Shown: positions 9,084 through 19,369 of the stretch, one piece after another
Numbering within the stretch: the stretch's first letter is position 1
How the letters are laid out: the number at the start of each line of letters is the position of its first letter
Origin: an uncultured SAR86 cluster bacterium
GTDB taxonomy: Bacteria; Pseudomonadota; Gammaproteobacteria; Magnimaribacterales; D2472
Length of the DNA stretch: 64,000 nucleotides
Assembly: GCA_902601475.1 (NCBI GenBank)
Contig: CACKNK010000002.1
Location: 135,739-199,738, forward strand
Reading direction: 5' to 3'
Program-made: the position numbers and the translations under genes
The notes under the pieces: generated by a model
Told to the model about the DNA's origin: nothing
Databases searched by the model: none
Seen by the model: the letters and a program-made list of their open reading frames with translations, nothing else

Positions 9084-10412
9084 AAGAAACTCTCTTGCAA
9101 GGGTTATAACTTTTGGGGCCAAAATTATCGAAGATATAAGAGTGGGGATTGCCATCATCGCAAATGAACCATCAATAATATTAATTGCAGAATCTAAAGA
9201 AATAGAAGCAAAGAAGATGATGGTTGCTATAAAGATGTACAAATATAATTTTTGTCCTTTTGGGCCAAAGAGAAATCTTGCACACACAGAACCATAATAT
9301 GAGTAAGTAAAAATAGTACTAATTCCAAAAAATACCACGCATAAGAAGACAACAATAATGCCTGTGTTTCCAAGGAAAAACTCAAAAGACATCGCTGTTA
9401 GACTTACTCCTGAGTATTCATTACTTGTCCATAAGCCAGAGAGAATAATTACAAGAGCAGTTGCCGTACAGATTAGCAATGTATCAAAAATTGGACCAAT
9501 CATTGCAACAAAACCTTGCTTAATAGGGCTATTTGTTTTTGCTGTGCCATGAATTAATGCCTCTGTTCCAATTCCTGCTTCATTGCTGAAAGCACCTCTT
9601 TGAATACCATACATAATTACGCCCATTAAAGTACCGCCAGCAACAGAGGTGCCCGAAAACGCATCCGTGAAAATTATTTGAATTACTCGTGGCACATCAC
9701 CAAGGTTGAGAAGCAAAATAAAAGTTGCTGTAAACACATACAGCCCTCCCATAATAGGGACAAGCCAAGAAGATGCTTTAGCTATTCTAGTAAGGCCACC
9801 AATAATTACTGTTCCAGCTATAACAGCAATTATAAGGCCGCATAAAATGTTAAAAATTAACTGACTTTCAATTGATAGAATCGGCAAGGCAAACTCACTA
9901 ATTATTTGAACCATTTGATTGCTCTGAACTGCTGGGAGCCCTCCTATCATTCCAAAAAACGCAAAGAAATATGCTAAAAATGCCCACTTGCTAGATAATC
10001 CATTTTTAATTACATACATGGGACCACCCAAAATAGTTCCATCACTAGCTTTCTCTCGATACATTACAGAAAGCGAGCAGGTAAAAAACTTTGTAGCAAT
10101 GCCAAGGCATGCTGTCACCCACATCCAAAAAACAGCCCCTGGGCCAGCAAGCTGAACAGCAAGTGCAACACCCGCTATATTTCCTAATCCTATTGTTCCC
10201 GAAAGTGCTGAACTTAGAGCTTCATATTTAGAAATGTTTCCCTCGGAGGAGCGATCCTTTTGAAACATATATTTAAATCCTTTTTTAAGATTTAAAAATG
10301 GGATAAATCTTGAGAAAACAGAAAAAAAGATTCCTGCACCTACTAACAAGAAAACCAACCATGGACCCCATGCAAGTGAAACAAACAAGTTGGTGATTTC
10401 TGCAAAGCTCAT
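9063..10412 (-). CDS. Alanine/glycine:cation symporter (AGCS family)
   Basis: ALSGTIGLGNIAGVALAVQLAGPGAVFWMW is the signature region. About 11 TM segments. Confidence 0.85.
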   Translation of the reverse strand: MSFAEITNLFVSLAWGPWLVFLLVGAGIFFSVFSRFIPFLNLKKGFKYMFQKDRSSEGNISKYEALSSALSGTIGLGNIAGVALAVQLAGPGAVFWMWVTACLGIATKFFTCSLSVMYREKASDGTILGGPMYVIKNGLSSKWAFLAYFFAFFGMIGGLPAVQSNQMVQIISEFALPILSIESQLIFNILCGLIIAVIAGTVIIGGLTRIAKASSWLVPIMGGLYVFTATFILLLNLGDVPRVIQIIFTDAFSGTSVAGGTLMGVIMYGIQRGAFSNEAGIGTEALIHGTAKTNSPIKQGFVAMIGPIFDTLLICTATALVIILSGLWTSNEYSGVSLTAMSFEFFLGNTGIIVVFLCVVFFGISTIFTYSYYGSVCARFLFGPKGQKLYLYIFIATIIFFASISLDSAINIIDGSFAMMAIPTLISSIILAPKVITLAREFLLNEDSL

Positions 10413-10511
10413 TGTATTAAAGGACTTTAATTGATTGATATTAAAGCATAAAAATAAATTGTTTGATGTTAATTTTTCTTTCGCCTAAGATACCTAAAAT
10501 TTATATTCATT

Positions 10512-11486
10512 ATGAGTAAAATAGACCAATTAAAATCCCAATTAAAAATTCCAGTAATCGGCGCCCCGCTTTTTTTAGTTTCAGGGCCTGAGCTAGTAAT
10601 TTCTCAGTGTAAAGCAGGTATTGTTGGCTCATTTCCTGCATTAAATGCAAGACCTCAAAATATTCTCGATGAATGGATCATAAGGATTAAAGATGAACTA
10701 GCACAAGCAAAAGAAGCTGATCCAGAAAAACGGATAGCACCCTTTGCTGTTAACCAAATTTGTCATGGTTCGAATGATAGGCTGTTTGGTGACATGGAAA
10801 TTTGTGTTAAGCACGAAGTCCCAATCATCATCACATCTCTAAGACCACCAGAGGAGATAGTACAAGCTGCTCACTCTTATGGAGGAATGGTTTTCCACGA
10901 TGTAATTAATGTTAGGCATGCGAAGAAAGCTGCTGAGCAAGGAGTTGACGGTCTAATTTTGGTTTGCTCTGGAGCAGGAGGTCATGCTGGAACGCTATCT
11001 CCATTTGCCTTAGTTAGAGAAGTAAAAGAGTGGTTTGACGGTGCCGTTATTCTCTCTGGTGCAATTAGTTCTGGAAGTGCAGTTGCATCGAGTTTAGCTT
11101 TAGGATCTGACTTTGCTTATATTGGAACTCGATTTATTGCTACCGAAGAAGCAAATGCCGATCAAGGATATAAGGAAATGCTCATTGAAAGTGCAGCTGA
11201 TGATATTGTTTATTCATCATTATTTACTGGTGTCCATGGTAATTATTTAAAAGGCTCAATTGAAAAGGCAGGCCTTGATCCAAAGAATTTACCTGAGGCA
11301 GATAAATCTTCCATGAACTTCGGCTCTGGAGGAAACACAGAATCGAAAGCTTGGAAAGATATTTGGGGTTCAGGTCAGGGAACAGGCTCTATAAAAGATT
11401 CACCCTCGGTTGCAAAACTCGTTGATAATTTAGAGGCTGAATTTAAAGAGGCCATTCAAGACCTCAATCAAAAATCAGAAATATAA
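10512..11486 (+). CDS. Nitronate monooxygenase (NMO / 2-nitropropane dioxygenase-like)
   Basis: IPVIGAPLFLVSGPELV...GIVGSFPALN and CSGAGGHAG motifs. Confidence 0.8.
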   Translation: MSKIDQLKSQLKIPVIGAPLFLVSGPELVISQCKAGIVGSFPALNARPQNILDEWIIRIKDELAQAKEADPEKRIAPFAVNQICHGSNDRLFGDMEICVKHEVPIIITSLRPPEEIVQAAHSYGGMVFHDVINVRHAKKAAEQGVDGLILVCSGAGGHAGTLSPFALVREVKEWFDGAVILSGAISSGSAVASSLALGSDFAYIGTRFIATEEANADQGYKEMLIESAADDIVYSSLFTGVHGNYLKGSIEKAGLDPKNLPEADKSSMNFGSGGNTESKAWKDIWGSGQGTGSIKDSPSVAKLVDNLEAEFKEAIQDLNQKSEI

Positions 11487-11537
11487 CTTTTTAAAACTTT
11501 ATCTACGGAATTGTAAAAAGAGTAAAGCTATCCTCGA

Positions 11538-11954
11538 TCAAAGATCTCCATCTTTTCTGTGTTCGCTTTTTTCAACTTTAAACCCTTTTCCGTAACGTGC
11601 TTCAAGTTTTGACTTATTCTCATTGATCACTTCATAAGGGTCTAGATCAAGAGCCATACATGCCGTGGCCCAATACCAAATAATGTCACCTAATTCTCTT
11701 TTCATATGAAAGACATTGTCTTCAGTAAAAGGCTTGCCTTGTAAAAAAATCTTCTTTACGATTTCAACAAACTCACCACCTTCGCTTCCCAAGCCTAGTG
11801 CGGCAGTAAGGAGTCTTGCAGACTTAATATTCGACTCAGCCTCAATTTCCTCCATTCTCTTAATTAAGGCTTTTTGATCAAGGCTTGGTTCACTTGTTAC
11901 TTTGGTAACAAAATCACAATAATCTTTTAAATAATTTTTAACTTCATTTTCCAT
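11538..11954 (-). CDS. MazG-like nucleoside triphosphate pyrophosphohydrolase
   Basis: EGGEFVEIVKK and ELGDIIWYWA (EExxE/D metal-binding helices of the all-alpha NTP-PPase fold). Confidence 0.7.
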   Translation of the reverse strand: MENEVKNYLKDYCDFVTKVTSEPSLDQKALIKRMEEIEAESNIKSARLLTAALGLGSEGGEFVEIVKKIFLQGKPFTEDNVFHMKRELGDIIWYWATACMALDLDPYEVINENKSKLEARYGKGFKVEKSEHRKDGDL

Positions 11955-11969
11955 AAATATCTCCTATAC

Positions 11970-12965
11970 CTAAAATGGTTTTTCACTAAGTTTTAATTCT
12001 GTAAAATTCTTAAATTCAAAAGCTTTATCTTCATCAAGCACTTTCTTATTTATATAATCTAAGCCACTAAAGGCAGCGTATTCATCTAAAGAATTTATTT
12101 CTCCCAGCCCCCAAAAACTCTCTAGATTCCCTTGAATAAGATTAGTTAACCTGGCAATACTATTATCCTCAAGTTGACGCCACTTTGTGATTCTATTTTT
12201 ATCTTCATCTGGGTTCCAATGAAGCTTGCGCCCAGACGTTGATGGATCGTTATTATAAAGATGATATATAGGAATATTAGGAGTGTGAAAAATCGAATAT
12301 CCTCTGGTGAACGCTCTTAACATTAATGATATCTCTTCACCATAAAAATAATAATTTGGATCATAGGGTACTTCAGTGACAAAATTTCCTTCTGTAAAAA
12401 GACATCCAGCTGCCAATAAAAAGCCATGCACAGGATCTTTTGTTTTTAATGGCCTCCCGATTTGCCTAGAAAACAAATCCTTCATAAAGATACTATCCCT
12501 TCTGTAAGCTATTGAGTAGACTAAGTTATCTGTTGAATTCAACTTAAATTCCTCATCCTTAATACTTATGACTTCAAAACTTCTTGGATATGCAGTAATA
12601 ATTGGTTTTGAAAAATATGGTTCAGAAGATAGTCCTTGAAGAGACCTGAGCTGACCCATAAGAATCACGTCCCAATCTTTATCGAATTGAGTATGCGAAT
12701 CTATTTGCAAAAAATAATCTTCTCCTTGATAGAAACTCTGCAATCTGTTGCGAGCCCAGCAAGGCCCTTTTGAAAGAATGGGGTCAATGTGTTCGTAATG
12801 AATTTTTGCTTTCTTTGATAGCGATGATGCGTCTATCGGTGATGATGATTGATCACATACACCAAACACAAGATCTTGCTCAGCAGATGCTTTCATGCAT
12901 GCACTTTTGATAGTAGATGCCAATAAAGGATCTTGATAAGAGGCTATTGATATAAAAATGGACAT
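11970..12965 (-). CDS. GlcNAc-transferase-like glycosyltransferase (Gnt1/GT60-like GT-A fold)
   Basis: N-terminal SIFISIASYQDP...VFGVCDQS and LQIDSHTQFDKDWD (DxH metal motif) resemble the cytoplasmic GlcNAc transferase family. Recognised by eye only. Confidence 0.55.
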   Translation of the reverse strand: MSIFISIASYQDPLLASTIKSACMKASAEQDLVFGVCDQSSSPIDASSLSKKAKIHYEHIDPILSKGPCWARNRLQSFYQGEDYFLQIDSHTQFDKDWDVILMGQLRSLQGLSSEPYFSKPIITAYPRSFEVISIKDEEFKLNSTDNLVYSIAYRRDSIFMKDLFSRQIGRPLKTKDPVHGFLLAAGCLFTEGNFVTEVPYDPNYYFYGEEISLMLRAFTRGYSIFHTPNIPIYHLYNNDPSTSGRKLHWNPDEDKNRITKWRQLEDNSIARLTNLIQGNLESFWGLGEINSLDEYAAFSGLDYINKKVLDEDKAFEFKNFTELKLSEKPF

Positions 12966-12997
12966 TATAAAAAATAGTTAATATACAATTATCTCAT

Positions 12998-13627
12998 ATG
13001 AGCAAGCCTGAATATCCAAAAAAAATTGCTGATAACGTGACAATGTATGCTGCGGATCCAATTATTTACTTAGTTAAAGACTTTTTAAATGATGAAGAGT
13101 GCGAAGCATTTATAGATGCTGCCCAGGGAAAACTAAAAGACTCTACCGTAATCAGTGATGATCAATACATTACTCATGAAAGCAGAACATCACAAAATTG
13201 TTGGCTTGAACATGATTCTAATGAAATTGTTCATGAAGTAAGCAAAAGACTGTCAATCTTAGTTCAAACACCAATTCGTAATGCAGAGCAATATCAGGTT
13301 GTATATTACAAAAAGTGGGCAGAGTATAAGCCTCACTTTGACTCATTTGATTACAACACTGAAGAGGGAAAAAAGAACTGGGAACCTGGTGGGCAAAGAA
13401 TGATCACCGTTCTAGCATACCTGAATGATGTAAATGCTGGCGGGGGGACAGGCTTTCCTAAATTAGATATCGAAATAAAGGCTAACAAGGGAGACGTATT
13501 GGTATTTCATAATACCCTTCAAGAATCAACTGATATCAATCCAAGATCATTGCATGCTGGTTTGCCAGTAATTGAAGGTGAAAAGTGGGCTATTAATCTT
13601 TGGTTTAGAGAAAGACTGCGTTACTAG
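12998..13627 (+). CDS. Prolyl 4-hydroxylase-like 2OG-Fe(II) oxygenase
   Basis: HxD motif KPHFDSFD, distal His RSLHAGLPV, KWAINLWFRE tail, P4Hc-type LAYLNDV..GGGTGFP. Confidence 0.8.
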   Translation: MSKPEYPKKIADNVTMYAADPIIYLVKDFLNDEECEAFIDAAQGKLKDSTVISDDQYITHESRTSQNCWLEHDSNEIVHEVSKRLSILVQTPIRNAEQYQVVYYKKWAEYKPHFDSFDYNTEEGKKNWEPGGQRMITVLAYLNDVNAGGGTGFPKLDIEIKANKGDVLVFHNTLQESTDINPRSLHAGLPVIEGEKWAINLWFRERLRY

Positions 13628-14470
13628 CTATTTTATTTTTAAAGACGATTGACTAACAATGATATTGTACAAGTGATCTTGTGCTTCAGGTTTTAGTTGA
13701 GCCACCCCAACAGCTAACACATCGATAATTGCCATATAAGCGAGCCTTGAGGTAATCGGACTATTTAGTCTTGCGGAATTGCCAACATCAACCTCCAAAG
13801 AAATATCACATTCCCTAGAGAGCGGTGTCCCCGAGGGCATTAAGCCAATGACACGAGCGTTGAAACTCCTAACAGTTCTAACCGTATCTACCAATGCGCT
13901 GGTAGTTCCTGAATGGGATATTGCAACAACCACATCATCCTCATTTAACGAATTAGCTGACATGAATTGAATATGTGGATCGGATATACAAGAAGATGGA
14001 ATCTTCAGCCTAAAAAACTTATGTTGAGCATCCATGGCAACCGGGGCAGATCCCCCAAAAGCAAAAAATTCAATTCGTTTTGCATTTGCTAATGCCTCAA
14101 TAGCTTCCTCTAGGAGCTCTTGGTTTAATTGCGAGCGGATGTTTAAGATTTCACTTATGGTTGTATCGAAAACTTTCTCAGTTAGTACCTGAATAGAATC
14201 ATCCGGATCAATCTCATACGAGGTGAAGTATTCGTCTGCAGCAAGTTGCTGTGCAAGGGTTAGTTTAAATTCATTAAATCCTGAATAATTTAGCGCCTTA
14301 CAAAACCTATTTAAGGTTGGCTCACTAACACCTATTTTCTCAGCAGCTTGTGCCATAGTACTGGCAACCACATCAGCAGGATTCTCTAAAATAAAGTCAG
14401 CAACTAATTTTTCGGATTTTCTTAAATTGTCGTATGCGCCTTGGATTTCTCTGAGTAATTTAGTCTGCAT
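13628..14470 (-). CDS. MurR/RpiR family transcriptional regulator (HTH + SIS domain)
   Basis: HTH EKIGVSEPTLNRFCKALNYSGFNEFK. SIS motif VVVAISHSGTT. ATG at 14470 preferred. Confidence 0.8.
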   Translation of the reverse strand: MQTKLLREIQGAYDNLRKSEKLVADFILENPADVVASTMAQAAEKIGVSEPTLNRFCKALNYSGFNEFKLTLAQQLAADEYFTSYEIDPDDSIQVLTEKVFDTTISEILNIRSQLNQELLEEAIEALANAKRIEFFAFGGSAPVAMDAQHKFFRLKIPSSCISDPHIQFMSANSLNEDDVVVAISHSGTTSALVDTVRTVRSFNARVIGLMPSGTPLSRECDISLEVDVGNSARLNSPITSRLAYMAIIDVLAVGVAQLKPEAQDHLYNIIVSQSSLKIK

Positions 14471-14512
14471 GAAGGTAAAATAATCTATACATATCAATTG
14501 TAACCTCAAGAA

Positions 14513-16684
14513 ATGGACGTTTCATATATTTTAGAAAGCCTCAATGAAAAGCAGCGTGAGGCTGTTACATCTGAATCACCTCATCTGCTTGTTCTGGCTG
14601 GCGCTGGATCTGGAAAAACAAGAGTACTGGTGCATCGTGTAGCTTGGATTGTAGATGGATTCAGATCGAATCCTGGAACCATTATGACGGTTACCTTTAC
14701 CAATAAGGCTGCGAATGAAATGCAGAGCAGAATTCAGGAGCTGCTTAAATCACCTGTTCCAGAATTATGGTGCGGAACTTTCCATGGATTGGCACACAGA
14801 ACACTAAAAAGATTTTATAAAGAGGCAAATCTTATTTCAGGCTTCACGATTCTTGATGCAGACGACCAGCTCAGGATCATTAAAAGATTAGCCAAAGAGC
14901 TCGAGCTTGAAGATAGTGCATGGCCACCCAAGCAAATTCAATGGCAAATCAACTCATGGAAAGATGATGGAAAAAGATCAAAGGACATTAAGGCTGAAAA
15001 AGATTTCTATACCGAAACCATAAAAGGTCTTTATGAAAAATATGAAGATTTATGTAAGCAAGATAGCTTGGTTGATTTTGCTGAACTTTTGCTGAAAAGT
15101 TACGAGCTTATCCGTGATGATGGAAAGGTAAAGAAATTTTTTCATTCTCGATTTAAGCATATTCTTATCGATGAGTTTCAAGATACAAATAAGATTCAAT
15201 ATAAATGGCTACAAGAGATTGCTTCAAATGAAGCCAATCTGACCGCAGTGGGTGATGATGATCAATCAATCTACGGTTGGCGAGGAGCAAGGGTTGAAAA
15301 CATTGATGCTTATAAAAAATCTCATGATCAAAGTGAAACCATCAGGCTAGAACAGAACTATAGATCAACCAGTGTCATTCTTAATGCTGCGAATGCTCTA
15401 ATAGAAAATAACCAAGAAAGACTTGGCAAGAATTTATGGACTGACTCTAAAGAAGGTGAGTTGATCACGCTTTATCAAGCCTATAGTGAGCAAGATGAGG
15501 CTAGATTTATTGCTGAAGTTATCAAGGGCTGGATGAACAGTGGTGAGCTCTATAAAGATTGTGCGGTTGTGTATAGATCTAATGCTCAGTCTAGAGCAAT
15601 AGAAGAAGCATTATTGAGAATCAGTATTCCATATAGAATTTATGGCGGCTTACGATTTTATGAACGGTTAGAAATTAAAAATGCCATGAGTTTTTTAAAG
15701 GTGATTTTCAATCCACATGACAACCCATCATTTGAGCGCTCAATTGCAAATCCACCCAGAGGCATTGGAGCAAAGACGTTGATCAAAATTAGAAATAAAG
15801 CCAACGAGAATAATCTATCTTACGTTCAAGCTTCTGCAAAAATGCTTGATGAAGGTTTAATCGGCGGCAGAGGTGCTGCTGGCTTAAGATCTTATTTAAA
15901 GTTATTGATCGATCATGGCGAACAACTTGATAAGACTCCGTTATCCGATTTGCTTGATTCAATTATTCAATCATCAGGCTTAATTCAGCATCATGAAAAA
16001 GAACCTGGCGAAAAGGGTAAAACGAGAATAGAGAATTTGGAAGAACTGATCACGGCGGCCAAAAACTTTGAACAGAGTTTTGATAAAGAAAAAACAATTA
16101 AAGAAATCTCCGAATCATTTTTGGACACCGTATCTTTAGATGCGGGTGAGACTCAGGCTGGAGAATTTGACGATGCGGTCCAGCTGATGACATTGCATTC
16201 AGCCAAAGGTTTAGAGTTTCCTTTGGTATTTATGACTGGACTTGAGGAAACTCTGTTTCCTCATGGCAGATCGATGGAATCTCCTAATCAGTTAGAGGAG
16301 GAGAGGCGACTTTGTTATGTTGGTATCACCAGAGCAATGAAAAAACTTTATCTAACTTATGCAGAATCCAGAAGGCTTCACGGTTCTGATGTATTTAATC
16401 CGCCATCAAGATTTATTAAAGAAATACCCGCAGAATATATTGACGAGATTAGACCCAGAGCTTCAGTTAATGTTCCTTATAAAAGAACTTCACAATCAAG
16501 CCCGATGGATTTTAAAGAAGAGATTGGCATTGCGCTCGGCCAAAAAGTCTTGCATCCAAAATTCGGTCAAGGCATAGTTTTAAATTACGAAGGCTCAGGA
16601 GAGTCAGCAAGAGTGCAAATAAATTTTGAATCTGCTGGCACTAAGTGGCTGGTGCTTTCGTTTGCTAATCTTGAGGTAATTTAA
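14513..16684 (+). CDS. uvrD: DNA helicase II (UvrD, SF1)
   Basis: Walker A AGAGSGKTRVL, DEFQDTN, QNYRS, TLHSAKGLEF, RRLCYVGITRA. Confidence 0.9.
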   Translation: MDVSYILESLNEKQREAVTSESPHLLVLAGAGSGKTRVLVHRVAWIVDGFRSNPGTIMTVTFTNKAANEMQSRIQELLKSPVPELWCGTFHGLAHRTLKRFYKEANLISGFTILDADDQLRIIKRLAKELELEDSAWPPKQIQWQINSWKDDGKRSKDIKAEKDFYTETIKGLYEKYEDLCKQDSLVDFAELLLKSYELIRDDGKVKKFFHSRFKHILIDEFQDTNKIQYKWLQEIASNEANLTAVGDDDQSIYGWRGARVENIDAYKKSHDQSETIRLEQNYRSTSVILNAANALIENNQERLGKNLWTDSKEGELITLYQAYSEQDEARFIAEVIKGWMNSGELYKDCAVVYRSNAQSRAIEEALLRISIPYRIYGGLRFYERLEIKNAMSFLKVIFNPHDNPSFERSIANPPRGIGAKTLIKIRNKANENNLSYVQASAKMLDEGLIGGRGAAGLRSYLKLLIDHGEQLDKTPLSDLLDSIIQSSGLIQHHEKEPGEKGKTRIENLEELITAAKNFEQSFDKEKTIKEISESFLDTVSLDAGETQAGEFDDAVQLMTLHSAKGLEFPLVFMTGLEETLFPHGRSMESPNQLEEERRLCYVGITRAMKKLYLTYAESRRLHGSDVFNPPSRFIKEIPAEYIDEIRPRASVNVPYKRTSQSSPMDFKEEIGIALGQKVLHPKFGQGIVLNYEGSGESARVQINFESAGTKWLVLSFANLEVI

Positions 16685-17766
16685 TGAAAAAGTTTTGCGT
16701 ATCTTTTTTTGTTTTATTTTTAATTTCTTGTTCACAGGATTCTGTTCAGTCAGAAGTAGCTGTAAAGAAATTTAATTGGTCCATGGTAACCACGTGGCCA
16801 AAAAACTATCCTGGATTAGGGATGGCACCTGAGCGTTTTAGCAAAATGGTAAATGAGATGTCTCAAGGTCAACTGAAGATAACTGTTTATGGTGCCGGTG
16901 AATTTGTTCCCGCCATGGGAGTCTTCGATGCAGTTTCTTCGGGCTCAGTGGAAATGGGTCATGGCGGCGCTTATTACTGGAAAGGTAAGGTTCCTGCTGC
17001 ACAGTTCTTTGCAGGGGTTCCATTCGGATTCACAGCTGATGAAATTAATGCATGGGTTTATCGAGGCGGCGGTTTAGAGTTGTGGGAAGAAATTTATCAA
17101 CCCTTTAACATTAAACCCTTACCGGGTGGCAATACCGGCACCCAGATGTTTGGGTGGTTTAATAAGGAAATTAATTCACTTGCAGATCTGAAGGGTTTAA
17201 AAATGAGGTTTCCAGGTTTTGGAGGAGAGGTTTTTAAACGAGCAGGCGGCACACCGGTAAATATTCCTGGCGGCGAGCTGTATACAGCTATGCAAACGGG
17301 AACCATTGATGCAGTTGAGTGGGTGGGTCCATATAATGATCTCGCTTTTGGTTTTCAGCAAGTTGCAAAATATTATTATTATCCTGGTTGGCATGAGCCG
17401 GGGTCCATGCTTGAGTTTATGATCAACATTGATGAGTGGAATGGACTGCCTCCGCATTTACAAAAGATTGTTGAGGTTGCTGCCAAGGCAGTTAATCAAG
17501 ATCTTTTAGATGAATACACGGCTTCAAATAATCGAGCCTTACAGGAACTAATTAATACTCATGATGTTCAGTTAAGAAGATTACCCGATGATGTGATCAA
17601 TGAATTCAGAGCAATATCCGATGATATTTTGACATCCTCAGCAGAGAACGATGCAGATGTTAAAAAAGTTTATGAATCATTCAAAAAATTTATGGGAGAA
17701 GTTAGATCTTTTAATGCAATTGCCGAAGATGCATTTGTTGAAGCACGTAATTTGAGTGAAGAATAA
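16684..17766 (+). CDS. dctP: TRAP transporter substrate-binding protein (DctP family)
   Basis: Lipoprotein-like signal (LISCS). WPKNYPGLGMAPERF and GAYYWKGKVPAAQFF are typical of the COG4663-type TRAP SBP. TAATG overlap with the uvrD stop. Confidence 0.85.
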   Translation: MKKFCVSFFVLFLISCSQDSVQSEVAVKKFNWSMVTTWPKNYPGLGMAPERFSKMVNEMSQGQLKITVYGAGEFVPAMGVFDAVSSGSVEMGHGGAYYWKGKVPAAQFFAGVPFGFTADEINAWVYRGGGLELWEEIYQPFNIKPLPGGNTGTQMFGWFNKEINSLADLKGLKMRFPGFGGEVFKRAGGTPVNIPGGELYTAMQTGTIDAVEWVGPYNDLAFGFQQVAKYYYYPGWHEPGSMLEFMINIDEWNGLPPHLQKIVEVAAKAVNQDLLDEYTASNNRALQELINTHDVQLRRLPDDVINEFRAISDDILTSSAENDADVKKVYESFKKFMGEVRSFNAIAEDAFVEARNLSEE

Positions 17767-18358
17767 TTTGAAATTTTCTTATCTAGGAAAACAAGCTTAT
17801 CAAGACACATATAAGGATATGAAAGAACATATCCAAAATTTTTCCAGCAATCAGATCTGGATGCTGGAGCATGATGCAGTATTTACCTTGGGCACAGCAG
17901 CAGATGAATCTCACATTATTAATGCTGGTCAGATCCCCGTAATCCAAACCGATCGAGGTGGTGAGGTTACCTATCATGGACCAGGACAACTGGTAATTTA
18001 CTTTTTGATCGACATTAAAGAAATAAAACTTGGACCCAAGGCATTGGTTCAAAAGCTTCAAGAATTAATTTCAAGCATTCTGGGTCATTATGATATTGAA
18101 TCAAGTTTTATAGAGGGTGCACCTGGAGTCTATGTTGATGATAAAAAAATAGCCTCAATTGGGTTAAGGATTTCACAGGGGAAAACCTATCACGGCATTA
18201 GCATCAATGTGGACATGGACCTAACCCCTTTTTCATTTATTAATCCATGTGGGTATGAGGGCTTAGAGGTTACTCAAATAAAAAATTATGATTCAAATGT
18301 GAAAATGAAAGATGTAGAATCTATTGCCCAACAAGAAATAAGTAAAATTTTTGAGTAA
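17756..18358 (+). CDS. lipB: Octanoyltransferase LipB
   Basis: [18 protein letters not shown] and the catalytic region [17 protein letters not shown]...PCG. The exact start is uncertain (GTG at 17756). Confidence 0.9.
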   Translation: MKNNLKFSYLGKQAYQDTYKDMKEHIQNFSSNQIWMLEHDAVFTLGTAADESHIINAGQIPVIQTDRGGEVTYHGPGQLVIYFLIDIKEIKLGPKALVQKLQELISSILGHYDIESSFIEGAPGVYVDDKKIASIGLRISQGKTYHGISINVDMDLTPFSFINPCGYEGLEVTQIKNYDSNVKMKDVESIAQQEISKIFE

Positions 18359-19320
18359 TGGAAATCATACCAACAAAAAAAATCGTTAATCGAGATGGCA
18401 TCAAGGCTGTAAAAAATGGCCAAAAAGCCAATAAGTATTCTACGATTCCCAACCAAAAGAAACCGGATTGGATTCGGGTTAAAGCAACCTTTGATAAAAA
18501 CTTTAAGGCAGTTAAGGCACAAGTTGATGGCAAAAGACTTAATACAGTATGCGAGGAGGGTATGTGCCCAAATATGTCAGAGTGCTGGTCAGCAGGTACC
18601 GCAACATTTATGCTCATGGGTTCTGTTTGCACACGTGCCTGTAAGTTTTGTTCTGTAGATACGGGTAATCCAAAAGGATGGCTGGATCAGGATGAACCAC
18701 TCAATACTGCCAAAGCAGTTAAAACTATGGGACTTAAGTATGTTGTCCTAACCTCGGTCAATAGAGATGATTTAGAGGATGGGGGAGCAGAACATTACGC
18801 CAATACAGTCAAGGCCATTAAAGAACTTAATCCCAATACGGCGGTTGAGGCTTTAACACCTGACTTCAAAGGTTTGTCTTCATCAATTGAAACTTTGGTT
18901 AACTGCGGACTCGAAGTATTTGCTCAAAATGTTGAAACTGTGAAAAGACTCACTCACCCAGTTAGGGACATAAGAGCTGGATATCAACAAACTCTAGATG
19001 TGCTTGCAGAATCAAAAAGAATTAATCCCAAGGTGCTAACAAAAACCAGTTTAATACTTGGCTTGGGGGAAACCGATGCTGAGATCGAAGAGACCATGGA
19101 TGATTTAATTAAAAACAAGGTCGACATCCTAACTTTAGGTCAGTATCTAAGACCAACCCTTAATCATTTACCTGTTGAGCGATGGGTAACTCCAGAAGAG
19201 TTTGATAGATATAGAGACATCGGTCTCAAAAAAGGATTTCTTGAAGTGGTTTCTGGGCCCATGGTTAGATCAAGCTACAGAGCTGAAAGAGCTCTAGAGA
19301 AAAATAACGCTGGGCTCTGA
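18358..19320 (+). CDS. lipA: Lipoyl synthase LipA (radical SAM)
   Basis: [13 protein letters not shown] auxiliary cluster and [10 protein letters not shown] radical-SAM cluster. Confidence 0.95.
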   Translation: MEIIPTKKIVNRDGIKAVKNGQKANKYSTIPNQKKPDWIRVKATFDKNFKAVKAQVDGKRLNTVCEEGMCPNMSECWSAGTATFMLMGSVCTRACKFCSVDTGNPKGWLDQDEPLNTAKAVKTMGLKYVVLTSVNRDDLEDGGAEHYANTVKAIKELNPNTAVEALTPDFKGLSSSIETLVNCGLEVFAQNVETVKRLTHPVRDIRAGYQQTLDVLAESKRINPKVLTKTSLILGLGETDAEIEETMDDLIKNKVDILTLGQYLRPTLNHLPVERWVTPEEFDRYRDIGLKKGFLEVVSGPMVRSSYRAERALEKNNAGL

Positions 19321-19369
19321 ATGATAATTATCTTCTTAGATCTTTAACAAAGCAGAAAATTTAAATTCT

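Noticed and set aside
10413-10511. Possible glycine riboswitch upstream of the alanine/glycine symporter, and likewise upstream of gcvT
   Set aside because: The 99-nt leader is AT-rich and lacks the conserved GGAGAG/CACCG-type cores. gcvT starts 1 nt after the upstream permease gene, which leaves no room.
19321-19369. Direct repeats (att-like) shared between the left (19321-19369) and right (about 29800-29830) island junctions
   Set aside because: Reading found no shared sequence longer than trivial AT-rich pentamers. This needs a proper repeat search before it can be excluded.
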